Origin: an archaeon
Lineage (GTDB): Archaea; Iainarchaeota; Iainarchaeia; Iainarchaeales; CSSED10-239
Length of the DNA stretch: 32,000 nt
Reading direction: 5' to 3'
Assembly (NCBI GenBank): GCA_041657425.1
Contig: JBBABY010000005.1
Coordinates: 60,633 to 92,632 of the forward strand
Shown in pieces: positions 9,576-18,248 of this stretch. Below the pieces are notes generated by a model. It saw only the letters and a program-made list of their open reading frames with translations. It did not search any database and was not told the origin of the DNA. Position 1 is the first letter of the stretch. Each line of letters opens with the position of its first letter. The translations under genes and the position numbers were made by a program.

Positions 9576-10916
9576 ATGAAAACAAGATTTTATGAAAATG
9601 CAGGACTTTCTAGTCCAAAGGTATTATTACCAAAAAAAGAAATAGATTATACTAAATGGTCAGTTGTTGCTTGTGACCAGTATACCTCTGAACCAGAATA
9701 TTGGAATTCTGTTAAAGAGATTGTAGGAAACAATCCCTCAACATTAAAAATAACATTCCCTGAAATTTATCTTGAAGATTCAGACAAAGAAGAAAGAATT
9801 TCAAATATTGTAACAACAATGAAAGAATATATTTCAAAAAAAATGTTTGATGAACATATGGGGTTCATTTATGTTGAAAGACAAATAAAAGACAAAATAA
9901 GAAAAGGATTAGTAGTTGCTTTAGATTTAGAAAAATATGATTATAATAAAGGTTCAACAACACTTGTCAGAGCAACAGAAGGAACAATTTTAGAAAGACT
10001 TCCACCAAGGATTGAAATACGTAAAGATGCACCTTTAGAATTGCCACACATAATGGTATTAATTGATGATCCTAAAGGGAAAGTTATTGAAAAGATTAGC
10101 GAGAATAAAAAAGATTTTGAAAAAGTATATGATTTTAATCTTATGAAAAAAGGTGGGCATATTGAAGGTTATCTAGTAAATAAAAGATTTGAAAAGAAAG
10201 CAGCTAAAGAATTAGAAAGACTTGCTAGTCCAGAAAAATTTAAAAAGAAATATAAGTTAGATAAAGATTATCCTGTTCTTTTGTATGCTGTTGGAGATGG
10301 CAATCATTCTCTAGCAACAGCTAAAGCAGTTTGGGAGAATCTAAAGAACACTGCAGAAAACAAAGTTGAAATAATGAACCATCCTGCAAGATTTGCTTTA
10401 ATTGAACTTGTTAATCTTCATGACGAGTCTTTAGAGTTTGAAGCAATTCACAGAGTATTATTTAATCTAAAGAAAGACATTGTTAAAGAAATGAAAAATC
10501 ATTTTGGAGATTGTTTTAGTTTTTCTAAAAAATCAAAAGAAGAAGTTATTGAAATAATAAAAACAAAGAAAAGCAAAGATAAACATTTTATTGGTTTAAT
10601 TACAGAGAATCCTAAAACAACTGGAATCATAAAAGTGGCTAGTCCGAAATCAAACTTGCCAGTTGGGACAATACAGGATTTCTTGGACAGTTTTGGTAAA
10701 TCAGGTGGCTTTGAAAAGATAGACTATGTCCATGGCGAGGATGTGGTGTGCTCTCTTGGTCAAAAACCAAACAACGCAGGAATCTATCTTCCAACAATTC
10801 AAAAGAAACAATTCTACAAAACTGTAATTGTTGATGGCGCTTTACCAAGAAAGACATTTTCAATGGGAGAAGCACACGAGAAAAGATATTATTTAGAGAC
10901 AAGAAAGATTAGGTAA
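9576..10916 (+). CDS. DUF1015-family protein
   Basis: About 446 aa. The N-terminal VVACDQYTSEPE and central VGDGNHSLATAKA resemble the DUF1015 PPYD / DGHHR motifs. The ATG at 9576 is preceded by aaggaag. Confidence 0.6.
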   Translation: MKTRFYENAGLSSPKVLLPKKEIDYTKWSVVACDQYTSEPEYWNSVKEIVGNNPSTLKITFPEIYLEDSDKEERISNIVTTMKEYISKKMFDEHMGFIYVERQIKDKIRKGLVVALDLEKYDYNKGSTTLVRATEGTILERLPPRIEIRKDAPLELPHIMVLIDDPKGKVIEKISENKKDFEKVYDFNLMKKGGHIEGYLVNKRFEKKAAKELERLASPEKFKKKYKLDKDYPVLLYAVGDGNHSLATAKAVWENLKNTAENKVEIMNHPARFALIELVNLHDESLEFEAIHRVLFNLKKDIVKEMKNHFGDCFSFSKKSKEEVIEIIKTKKSKDKHFIGLITENPKTTGIIKVASPKSNLPVGTIQDFLDSFGKSGGFEKIDYVHGEDVVCSLGQKPNNAGIYLPTIQKKQFYKTVIVDGALPRKTFSMGEAHEKRYYLETRKIR

Positions 10917-10989
10917 AAACCTAATCTAAAAATATAGTATTTAAACACAAGTAAACAGTATATATATTACCATTAAGGAGGAAACAATT

Positions 10990-11871
10990 ATGAGTTTAAA
11001 AGAACAATTTGAAAAATTAAAAGAAAATTGGTTATTAATTCTTTTAGTAGTATTAGTTTTAGGAACGATGATTTACTTACCAAACATAAGTGTTGGTTCA
11101 AGTTATAATTATGCTTCTGATTCTGCACTAGGAGGATATGCTCCCGCTTATGCAAAAGAAAGCTATCTAAATTATCAAAATCAAAATTTCTCTCCAGAAG
11201 TATTGAACCGTAAAATCGTTAAAACTTCAAATTTAGGAATTGAAACAAAGATAGGTAAATTTAAAGAAACAGATTCTCAAGTAAGAGAGGTAGTTAAAGG
11301 AACCGAATCAATAATTATAACTGAAAACATTTATTCAAATAAATTTGATTCAAAGGAAATATTTACAGGCAACTACACAATTAAAGTAAAAACAGATAAA
11401 CTAGATTTAGTAACAAATCAACTTAAGACTTTAGGAAAAGTAACAAGTTTTAATCAAGGAGCTGATGACGTTACTGGAGAATACACAAATGTAAACATAG
11501 AATTACAAGTTGAAAAAGAAAGACTTGAAAGATTTCAAGAAATGTATGCAGAAGCTGAAGAAATTAAAGATAAAATAGAATTAAACGACAGAATCTTTAA
11601 TCAAGAAAGAACAATTAAATATCTAGAAGATTCAATAAAAGATGTTGATCAAAGAATTGACTATTCAACAATCTATTTAACAATAAACGAAAGGTCAGAC
11701 TATCTAGGTATTGCTTTTGTTAAGTTATCAGATCTTTTAAGATCATTTATGAGCAGTTTAAATTCCTTAGTAAGACTAATAGTAGTAGTTCTTCCTTGGG
11801 TATTGATTGCAGGATTTATTTACGCAGTAAGTAAGTTAACCAAAAAGCAAGAAATCAAGAAGAAAAGATAA
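10990..11871 (+). CDS. DUF4349-like membrane protein
   Basis: 293 aa with an N-terminal TM, a central coiled-coil region (DVTGEYTNVNIELQVEKERLERFQ...IDYSTIYLTINE) and a C-terminal TM. AGGAGG RBS at 10976-10981. Confidence 0.65.
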   Translation: MSLKEQFEKLKENWLLILLVVLVLGTMIYLPNISVGSSYNYASDSALGGYAPAYAKESYLNYQNQNFSPEVLNRKIVKTSNLGIETKIGKFKETDSQVREVVKGTESIIITENIYSNKFDSKEIFTGNYTIKVKTDKLDLVTNQLKTLGKVTSFNQGADDVTGEYTNVNIELQVEKERLERFQEMYAEAEEIKDKIELNDRIFNQERTIKYLEDSIKDVDQRIDYSTIYLTINERSDYLGIAFVKLSDLLRSFMSSLNSLVRLIVVVLPWVLIAGFIYAVSKLTKKQEIKKKR

Positions 11872-11919
11872 TTTTTCTTTTCTTTTCTATTTTTATTATT
11901 TTCTAATCTAATATTATTT

Positions 11920-12336
11920 ATGTTAAAAATATACTTTGCAGGATCAATTAGTGGTGGAAGAGATGACCAAGAAATCTATTTTGAATTAATAAATTATCTT
12001 AAGACTAAGGGACAAGTTCTAACAGAGCATATTTCAGATAAAAATTTAAGTTCTTATGGCGAGAGCAATAAATTAACTTCTGAGCAAATCTTTACAAGAG
12101 ATGTAAACTGGTTAAAAGAATCAGATATTGTTGTTGCAGAAGTTACTCAAGTTTCTTTAAGTGTTGGTTATGAATTAGGGCTTTCTGAAAGTTTAAATAA
12201 AAAAGTAATTTGCCTATATCGTCAAAAAGAAGGAAAAAGACTTTCAGCAATGATTTCTGGTAACCACAACTTCTTAGTTAAAGAATATCAAACAATAGAA
12301 GAAGCAAAAAGGATTATTGATGAGATTTTCAAATGA
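11920..12336 (+). CDS. Nucleoside 2-deoxyribosyltransferase-like / DNPH1 (Rcl)-like deoxynucleotide N-hydrolase
   Basis: 138 aa. KIYFAGSISGGRDDQEIYFELINYLKTKGQVLTEHI closely follows the DNPH1 N-terminal signature. Confidence 0.6.
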   Translation: MLKIYFAGSISGGRDDQEIYFELINYLKTKGQVLTEHISDKNLSSYGESNKLTSEQIFTRDVNWLKESDIVVAEVTQVSLSVGYELGLSESLNKKVICLYRQKEGKRLSAMISGNHNFLVKEYQTIEEAKRIIDEIFK

Positions 12337-12337
12337 A

Positions 12338-12412
12338 CAATATATATATATATTTCGTTCATTCATTCTATTAAATTACAATTAAATAATTAAAAAATTG
12401 GAGGAAACCAAA
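12338..12412 (+). promoter_or_regulatory. Duplicated promoter/5'UTR module, copy 1: (TA)n, conserved leader, GGAGG RBS
   Basis: caatatatatatata..cgttcattcattctattaaattacaattaaataattaaaaaattggaggaaaccaaa recurs almost base-for-base at 13430-13500. Confidence 0.6.
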
Positions 12413-13363
12413 ATGGCAAAAGAAAATAATAAAAAGCTAATCATTTGGGCATTAGTAGCTTTAGTGATTGGTGTAATAATAGGGTTAGTAATAACAAACC
12501 TGACAACAACAGGAAAAGGGGGTTATATCTCTGAAATTCACCAGATTCGTCCAAAAACACAGGTTGGGATAACTATGCCTATTCCAATTTATTTGGAGTT
12601 AGTTCAAGAAATAGATAGTGTTAATGGTGGAACAGGTACTATTAATAAGTATGCGTTTATTGAAAACGAAGAATTTCACTCTAATTTACCCGGGAAAGTT
12701 AGAAAAAATACCACCGTCAACTTTTCTGATGGCACAGTATTATCTGACGATTATACTTCAGAATTAGAGTATTCTGCATATTATTCAGAATATATTGCAG
12801 GAACCTTTTTTGGTCCATTTACTTCAATAGAGGCTACTATATATGATATGAAAGTAACTTCTATAATTGATGCACACTTTAAAATAGGTTCTAAAATAAT
12901 ACCTAAATCATTAACAACTGTATTTAATCCGAATGAAGATTTATTTGCAGTAGTTAATAGTCTTGATTTAGATTGTAGTGGTCAATATAATCTAACACAT
13001 TCAGAAGTAGGAGATATTGATGAAATATCTGGGAATTTATATATTTCTCAATATAATCAAGGCACCGGTTGGACTAATGTTTTACAGGATTACCCTTTAG
13101 ATTTAACCTCGTCAGCAGATAATACCTATACAGGATATATTCCAGCATCTGCAATAACTCAGTTAAACAATGGAAGTCAGTACATTAGAGTGTCGATTAA
13201 TAGTCACATTATTACTGCAACAGGATTACAAACAAGTGCAGAAATGCACAAATATCTAAATTGTCAAACCAATAAATCTGAATCATTAACTCCTGAAGAA
13301 ATAAAGGACGTGAGAAAGATAACAGGCTATAAATCAATAGATGAAAGAGCAAAAATAAAATAA
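12413..13363 (+). CDS. Membrane-anchored surface protein, paralog family member
   Basis: ATG at 12413 lies 8 nt after GGAGG. MAKENNKKLIIWALVALVIGVIIGLVITNLTTTG is a signal/anchor helix. The ectodomain is N/T/S/Y-rich, with conserved LDLDCSGQYNLTHSE and YLNCQ Cys motifs shared with 13501..14448. Confidence 0.75.
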   Translation: MAKENNKKLIIWALVALVIGVIIGLVITNLTTTGKGGYISEIHQIRPKTQVGITMPIPIYLELVQEIDSVNGGTGTINKYAFIENEEFHSNLPGKVRKNTTVNFSDGTVLSDDYTSELEYSAYYSEYIAGTFFGPFTSIEATIYDMKVTSIIDAHFKIGSKIIPKSLTTVFNPNEDLFAVVNSLDLDCSGQYNLTHSEVGDIDEISGNLYISQYNQGTGWTNVLQDYPLDLTSSADNTYTGYIPASAITQLNNGSQYIRVSINSHIITATGLQTSAEMHKYLNCQTNKSESLTPEEIKDVRKITGYKSIDERAKIK

Positions 13364-13429
13364 GTTCTAACTACACAAAATGAGATTATTTAATTAATCT
13401 TATTTTTCTTTTTCTTTTTTCTTAAGCGG

Positions 13430-13500
13430 CAATATATATATATCGTTCATTCATTCTATTAAATTACAATTAAATAATTAAAAAATTGGAGGAAACCAAA
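13430..13500 (+). promoter_or_regulatory. Duplicated promoter/5'UTR module, copy 2
   Basis: Near-identical to 12338-12412, differing mainly in the length of the TA run. Confidence 0.6.
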
Positions 13501-14448
13501 ATGGCAAAAGAAAATAAAAAATCATTAATCATTTGGGCATTAGTAGCTTTAGTGATTGGTGTAATATTAGGATTAGTAATAACAAATTTATCAACAACAG
13601 GACAAGCAAAATCTATAACAGAGGTTGCGCCAAGAACATTAATTGGCACGGGATATAATTTTGTATTATATCAAAATATGAGTTTTGAAAATCCAAATGG
13701 AGAATATCTTTTATGGACGCAAGAAAACTTACAATCTAATGTTCCTGCAAGAATTAAAAAAGAATCTTCAATGTCATATAATTTAGACGATTTCAGACCA
13801 TACTTTCTTAATTCTTCTATAACTAATACAGAAAGAGCAGAAAATAGCAATTTAGGTTATGCTGCATATCCAGAAACTGTTTTATGGTTTCCAAACACAA
13901 CAAACACCCCCACCGTGTCCTATTCTTATTTTACAGAATGGACTTTTGGTAATGGAGTGACTAAAACAGAAGGTACTGGTTATTCAGTAAATGAAAATTA
14001 TAATTCATTTATAGAAGCAAGTTCTTTAAATGTAAATTGTTCTAATTATGAACTTGTTCATTCTACCCCTACGGGAATTAATTATCTTGGATATCAATTC
14101 TATATATATGATACAACTTACAATTATGATCAAGTTTATTACGGGTCTTGGATAGAAGCAAGAATAAATCCTAACGGTATTCAACAAGGAAATTTGCCAC
14201 AAGAGGCAATAGATATATTGCAAAATAATAATGGATATGAGGGAGTATTGATTGCACATATATCTACTACCGAGAATATGTATACTGTGGTTTACAGTGC
14301 TAATACTTATTTAAATTGTCAAAATGGCGCAATTACTAAATTAAATTCTGATGGTTTACAAAAATTACAACAAAAAACAGGAACTCCAATAGACGTAATA
14401 AAAAAATTACATGAAGAAGGTAAGATGCCTTTTACAGTACAAAAATAA
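13501..14448 (+). CDS. Membrane-anchored surface protein, paralog family member
   Basis: MAKENKKSLIIWALVALVIGVILGLVITNLSTTG. The ectodomain has diverged but keeps SLNVNCSNYELVHST and YLNCQ. Confidence 0.75.
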   Translation: MAKENKKSLIIWALVALVIGVILGLVITNLSTTGQAKSITEVAPRTLIGTGYNFVLYQNMSFENPNGEYLLWTQENLQSNVPARIKKESSMSYNLDDFRPYFLNSSITNTERAENSNLGYAAYPETVLWFPNTTNTPTVSYSYFTEWTFGNGVTKTEGTGYSVNENYNSFIEASSLNVNCSNYELVHSTPTGINYLGYQFYIYDTTYNYDQVYYGSWIEARINPNGIQQGNLPQEAIDILQNNNGYEGVLIAHISTTENMYTVVYSANTYLNCQNGAITKLNSDGLQKLQQKTGTPIDVIKKLHEEGKMPFTVQK

Positions 14449-14461
14449 AATCAACTAGATT

Positions 14462-16129
14462 TTATTTTTCTTTTTCTTTTTTTTCTTTAGCTTTTTTTAC
14501 AAATTCTACAAACAACGGGTGTGGAGTAAGTAGCTTTGATTTAAGTTCAGGGTGTGCTTGTGTTCCAATAAAGAAAGGATGTTTCTTAATTTCAATAAAT
14601 TCAAGAAGTTCTCCAGTTGGGTCCATTCCACAAAGCACAAGTCCTTTTTCTTTCAAGATTGAATGATACTTTGGATTAACTTCATATCTATGTCTGTGTC
14701 TTTCAGTAATTTTGTTTTTACCATATATTTTTGCAACCTGTGATCCATCTTGTAATTCAGCAACACAAGACCCAAGCCTCATGCTTCCACCAATCTTTTT
14801 ATTTTCTTGACCAGGAAGGATAGTAACAATTGGTTCTTTACAATCTTTGTCAATTTCTGTTGTGTGTGCCTCAGGCAGTCCACAAACATTTCTTGCATAC
14901 TCAATAACAGCAAGTTGCATTCCGTAGCAAAGTCCTAAGTAAGGAACATTATTTTCTCTAGCATATCTAATAATATTTAATTTTCCATTAATTCCTCTAG
15001 CTCCAAAACCACCAGGAACAATAATTCCATCAAGTTCTTTAATTTCTGGAGAGTTGGAAACGCCATCTTCTTCATATTTCTCAGTATCAATAAGTCTAAT
15101 TTCTAAAGATTCAGATACTGTGGTTTTAGCATGATGTAAGGCTTCAATAACTGAAGCATAAGAGTCGTCAATACCGGTGTATTTTCCACATATGCCAATA
15201 ACAATTTTTTCTTTAGTTCCAGTTTCTATCTTTTTAACTGCTTCAATAAATTTATCGAATTCTAAATTAGTATTTATTTTTAATTTCTTAGAAATGAGTT
15301 TATCTAGTTTTTGATTTTTAAAATTAATCGGTATTTCGTAAATATTTTTAACATCACAACCAGAGATTAATTGTTCAGGTAGTAGTGCACAATTTTCAGT
15401 AAGTTTCTCAATAGCCTTCTTATCAAGCATCCGCTTTGCTCTACAGATGACTGCGTCAGGAATAATTCCTCTTTTAAGTAATTCAGCAATACTATTTTGT
15501 GCAGGTTTAGTTTTCTGTTCATCGCTTGGTGCAATTTCAGGAACATAAGCGAGATGTACAAAAAAAACATTTTCTTTTCCAAGTTTTCTTCTAATTCCTT
15601 TACAAGCAGTAATGTACAATTCATTTTCTAAATCTCCAACAGTTCCTCCAATTTCAAGAAGTACAATGTTTGCATCATTATCAAGTGCAGTTTTAATAAC
15701 TCTATATTCTATGTAATTAGTAACTTCTGGTATTAACTTTACAGTTTTTCCTAAAAAAGCTCCGCTTCTCTCTAAGTCAATTATTTCTTTGTAGATTTTT
15801 CCCATTGTTAGGTTCTGAGATCCATTACAAGAAATATCTAAATATCTTTCATAATGTCCAAAATCCATATCCACTTCTGTTCCATCATCAAGAACAAAAA
15901 CTTCTCCGTGTTCCACAGGGTTCATAGTCCCTGGATCAAAATTAAGATAACCATCACATTTGATTGGTATTTTCTTAAGATCATTATCTAAAAGAAGAGC
16001 AATACTAGAAGCAGAAACTCCTTTACCAATCCCAGAAAGCACTCCGCCAGTAATTATTACAAATTTTAGTTTCTTGTCAATTGCTTGACTATAAATATCA
16101 TTAGTTTCTTTATAATCCATAAATCTCAT
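14462..16129 (-). CDS. pyrG: CTP synthase
   Basis: 555 aa. FVIITGGVLSGIGKG (synthetase N-terminus), the GICGKY..Y.S linker, and the GATase domain with GLCYGMQ (catalytic Cys) and HRHRYEVN. Confidence 0.95.
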   Translation of the reverse strand: MRFMDYKETNDIYSQAIDKKLKFVIITGGVLSGIGKGVSASSIALLLDNDLKKIPIKCDGYLNFDPGTMNPVEHGEVFVLDDGTEVDMDFGHYERYLDISCNGSQNLTMGKIYKEIIDLERSGAFLGKTVKLIPEVTNYIEYRVIKTALDNDANIVLLEIGGTVGDLENELYITACKGIRRKLGKENVFFVHLAYVPEIAPSDEQKTKPAQNSIAELLKRGIIPDAVICRAKRMLDKKAIEKLTENCALLPEQLISGCDVKNIYEIPINFKNQKLDKLISKKLKINTNLEFDKFIEAVKKIETGTKEKIVIGICGKYTGIDDSYASVIEALHHAKTTVSESLEIRLIDTEKYEEDGVSNSPEIKELDGIIVPGGFGARGINGKLNIIRYARENNVPYLGLCYGMQLAVIEYARNVCGLPEAHTTEIDKDCKEPIVTILPGQENKKIGGSMRLGSCVAELQDGSQVAKIYGKNKITERHRHRYEVNPKYHSILKEKGLVLCGMDPTGELLEFIEIKKHPFFIGTQAHPELKSKLLTPHPLFVEFVKKAKEKKEKEK

Positions 16130-16308
16130 CTTTACAATTAGTTTAGAAAATTATGTAATAAACAGTTTATAATCTTTATTGTTAATTTTGGCAATCGCCA
16201 GATTTATATACATTTTTGCTCATAAAATATATATTTGCGGCCAATTTGTAAGGTTATTGTGTGGAAATAGTAAACTATTGCGCGCTAACCTCAAAAAAAA
16301 TACACGGT

Positions 16309-16330
16309 ATTTTTTAGGATCCTAAAAAAT
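16309..16330. repeat. 22-nt perfect palindrome centred on ggatcc
   Basis: attttttaggatcctaaaaaat equals its own reverse complement. It sits in the spacer upstream of tRNA-Ser(UGA). Confidence 0.85.
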
Positions 16331-16346
16331 CAGTGATTTTTTATGA

Positions 16347-16400
16347 GAGCGCAACCGGTTTAGTTAACTAGAGAAGAAACGCCTATGAACTGGGCGAACA
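16347..16400 (+). repeat. Partial copy (C) of the GC-rich tRNA-Ser-associated module
   Basis: gcgcaaccggtttagt ... ctgggcgaac parallels gcaaccagttagt ... ggctgggcgccaac of module A (17157-17198) in the same order and orientation, and ends just before tRNA-Ser(UGA). Confidence 0.45.
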
Positions 16401-16406
16401 GTTAAA

Positions 16407-16489
16407 GCAGAGATGGCGGAGTGGCCAAACGCGCCAGCCTTGAGAGCTGGAGTCGAAAGACTACGCGAGTTCGAATCTCGTTCTCTGCG
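16407..16489 (+). tRNA. tRNA-Ser (anticodon UGA)
   Basis: Acceptor gcagaga/tctctgc, anticodon stem ccagc/gctgg with loop ctTGAga, long variable arm agtcgaaagact, T-arm gcgag-ttcgaat-ctcgt, discriminator G. No CCA. Confidence 0.9.
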
Positions 16490-16513
16490 CTTAAAATTGT
16501 TAAAAGATCATTT

Positions 16514-16852
16514 ATGTCAGAAGAAAAACCAATCATTACTTTTGATGATTTCATAAAATTAGACATAAGAATAGGAACAGTTATAGAAGCAGAAAAAGTA
16601 CCAAACAGTTCAAAGCTTCTAAAGCTAATAATTGACTTTGGAGATTTTAAAAGACAAATACTTGCAGGAATTGGTACCAAGTATTCTCCTGAAGACTTAC
16701 AAGGTAAACAAATACCAGTAATAGTTAATCTTGCACCAAGAAAGATGGCGGGGTTAGTTAGTCAAGGAATGATTATGGCTGTAGGGGATAATGATGTGGA
16801 AGCTCTTTTGTTTCCAACAGAAGCCGTAAAATCAGGAAGTTCAGTTCACTAA
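16514..16852 (+). CDS. tRNA-binding domain protein (Trbp111/CsaA/EMAP-like OB fold)
   Basis: MSEEKPIITFDDFIKLDIRIGTVIEAEKVPNSSKLLKLIIDFG...QILAGI...VIVNLAPRKMAGLVSQGMIM is the classic tRNA-binding domain. I use the ATG at 16514 because the track start at 16421 lies inside the tRNA gene. Confidence 0.8.
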   Translation: MSEEKPIITFDDFIKLDIRIGTVIEAEKVPNSSKLLKLIIDFGDFKRQILAGIGTKYSPEDLQGKQIPVIVNLAPRKMAGLVSQGMIMAVGDNDVEALLFPTEAVKSGSSVH

Positions 16853-16867
16853 AAGGAAGGGTAAATT

Positions 16868-17137
16868 ATGGATAAAATTAAAATAAATTATTTTATTGAT
16901 GTTCTATTAATAATATCATTTATTGTAGTAGCAATAACAAGCCTTGTAATATTTTTCTTTCTTCCAAGTGGAGTAAGACAAGCAGGTTATCAAACATTTT
17001 TAGGATTAACAAAACATTCATGGGGTAATATTCATACAATCTCAGGATTTGCAATGATAATTCTGTCATTGATACATTTGATATTACATTTCAAATGGTT
17101 AACAACAATGTCAAAAACAATATTTAAGAAAAAATAA
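16868..17137 (+). CDS. Small membrane protein, DUF4405-like
   Basis: 89 aa with two or three TM helices. WGNIHTISGFAMIILSLIHLILHFKWL resembles DUF4405. Confidence 0.5.
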   Translation: MDKIKINYFIDVLLIISFIVVAITSLVIFFFLPSGVRQAGYQTFLGLTKHSWGNIHTISGFAMIILSLIHLILHFKWLTTMSKTIFKKK

Positions 17138-17149
17138 TTTAGTTGTGTG

Positions 17150-17271
17150 TCGATAAGCAACCAGTTAGTGCCATACAAATTCTGGCTGGGCGCCAACTCA
17201 GGAAAACAAAAGTTTTCAGGATGCCAAGAAATCGCAGCGACGATTTGTTGTGCACGACCGCAACCGGTTGT
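17150..17271 (+). repeat. GC-rich non-coding module A abutting the 5' end of tRNA-Ser(GGA)
   Basis: Contains gcaaccagtt (17157-17166), ggctgggcgc (17184-17193), hairpins gaaaac-aaaa-gttttc (17202-17217) and aaatcg-cagcga-cgattt (17229-17246), and gaccgcaaccgg (17256-17267). An inverted homolog lies at 28208-28282. Confidence 0.6.
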
Positions 17272-17354
17272 GCAGAGGTGGTGGAGTGGTCAAACGCACT
17301 AGCCTGGAAAGCTAGAGTCGAAAGACTACGCGAGTTCGAATCTCGTCCTCTGCG
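17272..17354 (+). tRNA. tRNA-Ser (anticodon GGA)
   Basis: Acceptor gcagagg/cctctgc, anticodon stem ctagc/gctag with loop ctGGAaa. The variable arm and T-arm are identical to those of tRNA-Ser(UGA). Discriminator G, no CCA. Confidence 0.9.
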
Positions 17355-17570
17355 ATTAAATTTAGATCAACAGTTTGCTGTAAGTGAGCTTGTAGACTGG
17401 ATTAAAGGCAAGAAGCTCGCCCACGACTACGAAACAGGACTAATTTCTAAAATCCCGCTAATCTTCGAAGATACTCAAAAACATACGTACGTTTCTGAAA
17501 AGTGTTCTCAACAAAATCTTTTTAAATACAATATACAATAACTATTTATAGAAATAAAGTGTGATAAAAA

Positions 17571-18248
17571 ATGGTTGTAAGAAAATTAACAAAAGGCAGT
17601 TTCCCAAATGCAAAAAATATTAAGAGCATTAAAATAGGAGGTCGTAAATTCGTTGCAGAAAAGAAACAGACAGCAGACATAAAACTAGAAATAAATAAAG
17701 AAAAAATTAAAATAATCAGTTCTTTAAAAAAACGTCTAGAGAGAGGAGAATTAAAATTAACCAGTGCCGATTTAATGAAATTAAAGGCACAGGGAATTAG
17801 CCTGATTGAATTAAGAAAAGTAATAGCTCCAGAATATTTGTTAAAAACTTTGAGTTTAAAAGCATTTGTAAAAATATATGGTCAAGAAGATGTAGTTAAG
17901 GCTTTTAATGGTATTTCCCGATTAATATTTGATGCTGGTTTGAGGGAGACAGTTTATGCTATTGATCCAAAATATTTTAAAAATGAATTTTCATTAAAAG
18001 AAATTGTGAATAAGCTTTTTAAATACGGCTACAAGGATGTGTCACAGTATAGGGCCCCAGATATGCAAAGCTATATGTCACAAAATGGACGTTATGAAGT
18101 AGCAAAGGCTTGGGGGCTTAAGAATATAATAGAAACATTTGGGATTAAAGAGACTATGGTGGCTATGGGTAGATCAGAATCTGAACTTAGATCTTTATTA
18201 AATGCATCAGATTACGATTTAGGGAAAGCTTTTCCTCGCGAATATTAG
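17571..18248 (+). CDS. Hypothetical protein (lysine-rich N-terminus, no recognisable domain)
   Basis: 225-aa ORF of non-repetitive composition. Its TAG stop (18246-18248) overlaps the first bases of the tRNA-Ser 3' fragment. Confidence 0.55.
   Translation: MVVRKLTKGSFPNAKNIKSIKIGGRKFVAEKKQTADIKLEINKEKIKIISSLKKRLERGELKLTSADLMKLKAQGISLIELRKVIAPEYLLKTLSLKAFVKIYGQEDVVKAFNGISRLIFDAGLRETVYAIDPKYFKNEFSLKEIVNKLFKYGYKDVSQYRAPDMQSYMSQNGRYEVAKAWGLKNIIETFGIKETMVAMGRSESELRSLLNASDYDLGKAFPREY

Noticed and set aside
12398-12412. TTG start (MEETK...) for the paralog genes, likewise at 13486
   Set aside because: The TTG overlaps the GGAGG RBS itself. The ATG 8 nt downstream of GGAGG is the far better start.
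12413-12520. Class III (type IV pilin/archaellin-like) signal peptide on the paralog family
   Set aside because: There is no Gly, Ala or Ser at the position preceding the hydrophobic stretch (KK-LIIW). It is more consistent with a signal anchor or a Sec signal.
12413-14448. Diversity-generating retroelement targeting the variable surface paralogs
   Set aside because: The window has no reverse transcriptase and no template/variable repeat pair with adenine-specific mismatches. The only near-identical stretches are the 5' modules.
16421-16513. N-terminal 31-codon extension of the tRNA-binding protein ORF
   Set aside because: The extension lies inside tRNA-Ser(UGA). The conserved domain begins at the Met at 16514.
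17415-17445. A possible fourth, very degenerate tRNA-Ser fragment (cacgactacg at 17422-17431)
   Set aside because: Only a 10-nt match, with no T-arm or acceptor similarity. This is too weak to call.
17143-17541. 132-aa track ORF covering module A, tRNA-Ser(GGA) and the downstream spacer
   Set aside because: It runs straight through a well-formed tRNA gene and starts at a non-ATG codon. The part downstream of the tRNA contains no Met. I treat it as non-coding.
17571-18248. ORF ending at the att-like repeat as a partitioned SSV-type integrase fragment
   Set aside because: The 225-aa product contains no histidine, so it has no HxxR box, and it shows no R...Y tyrosine-recombinase pattern.
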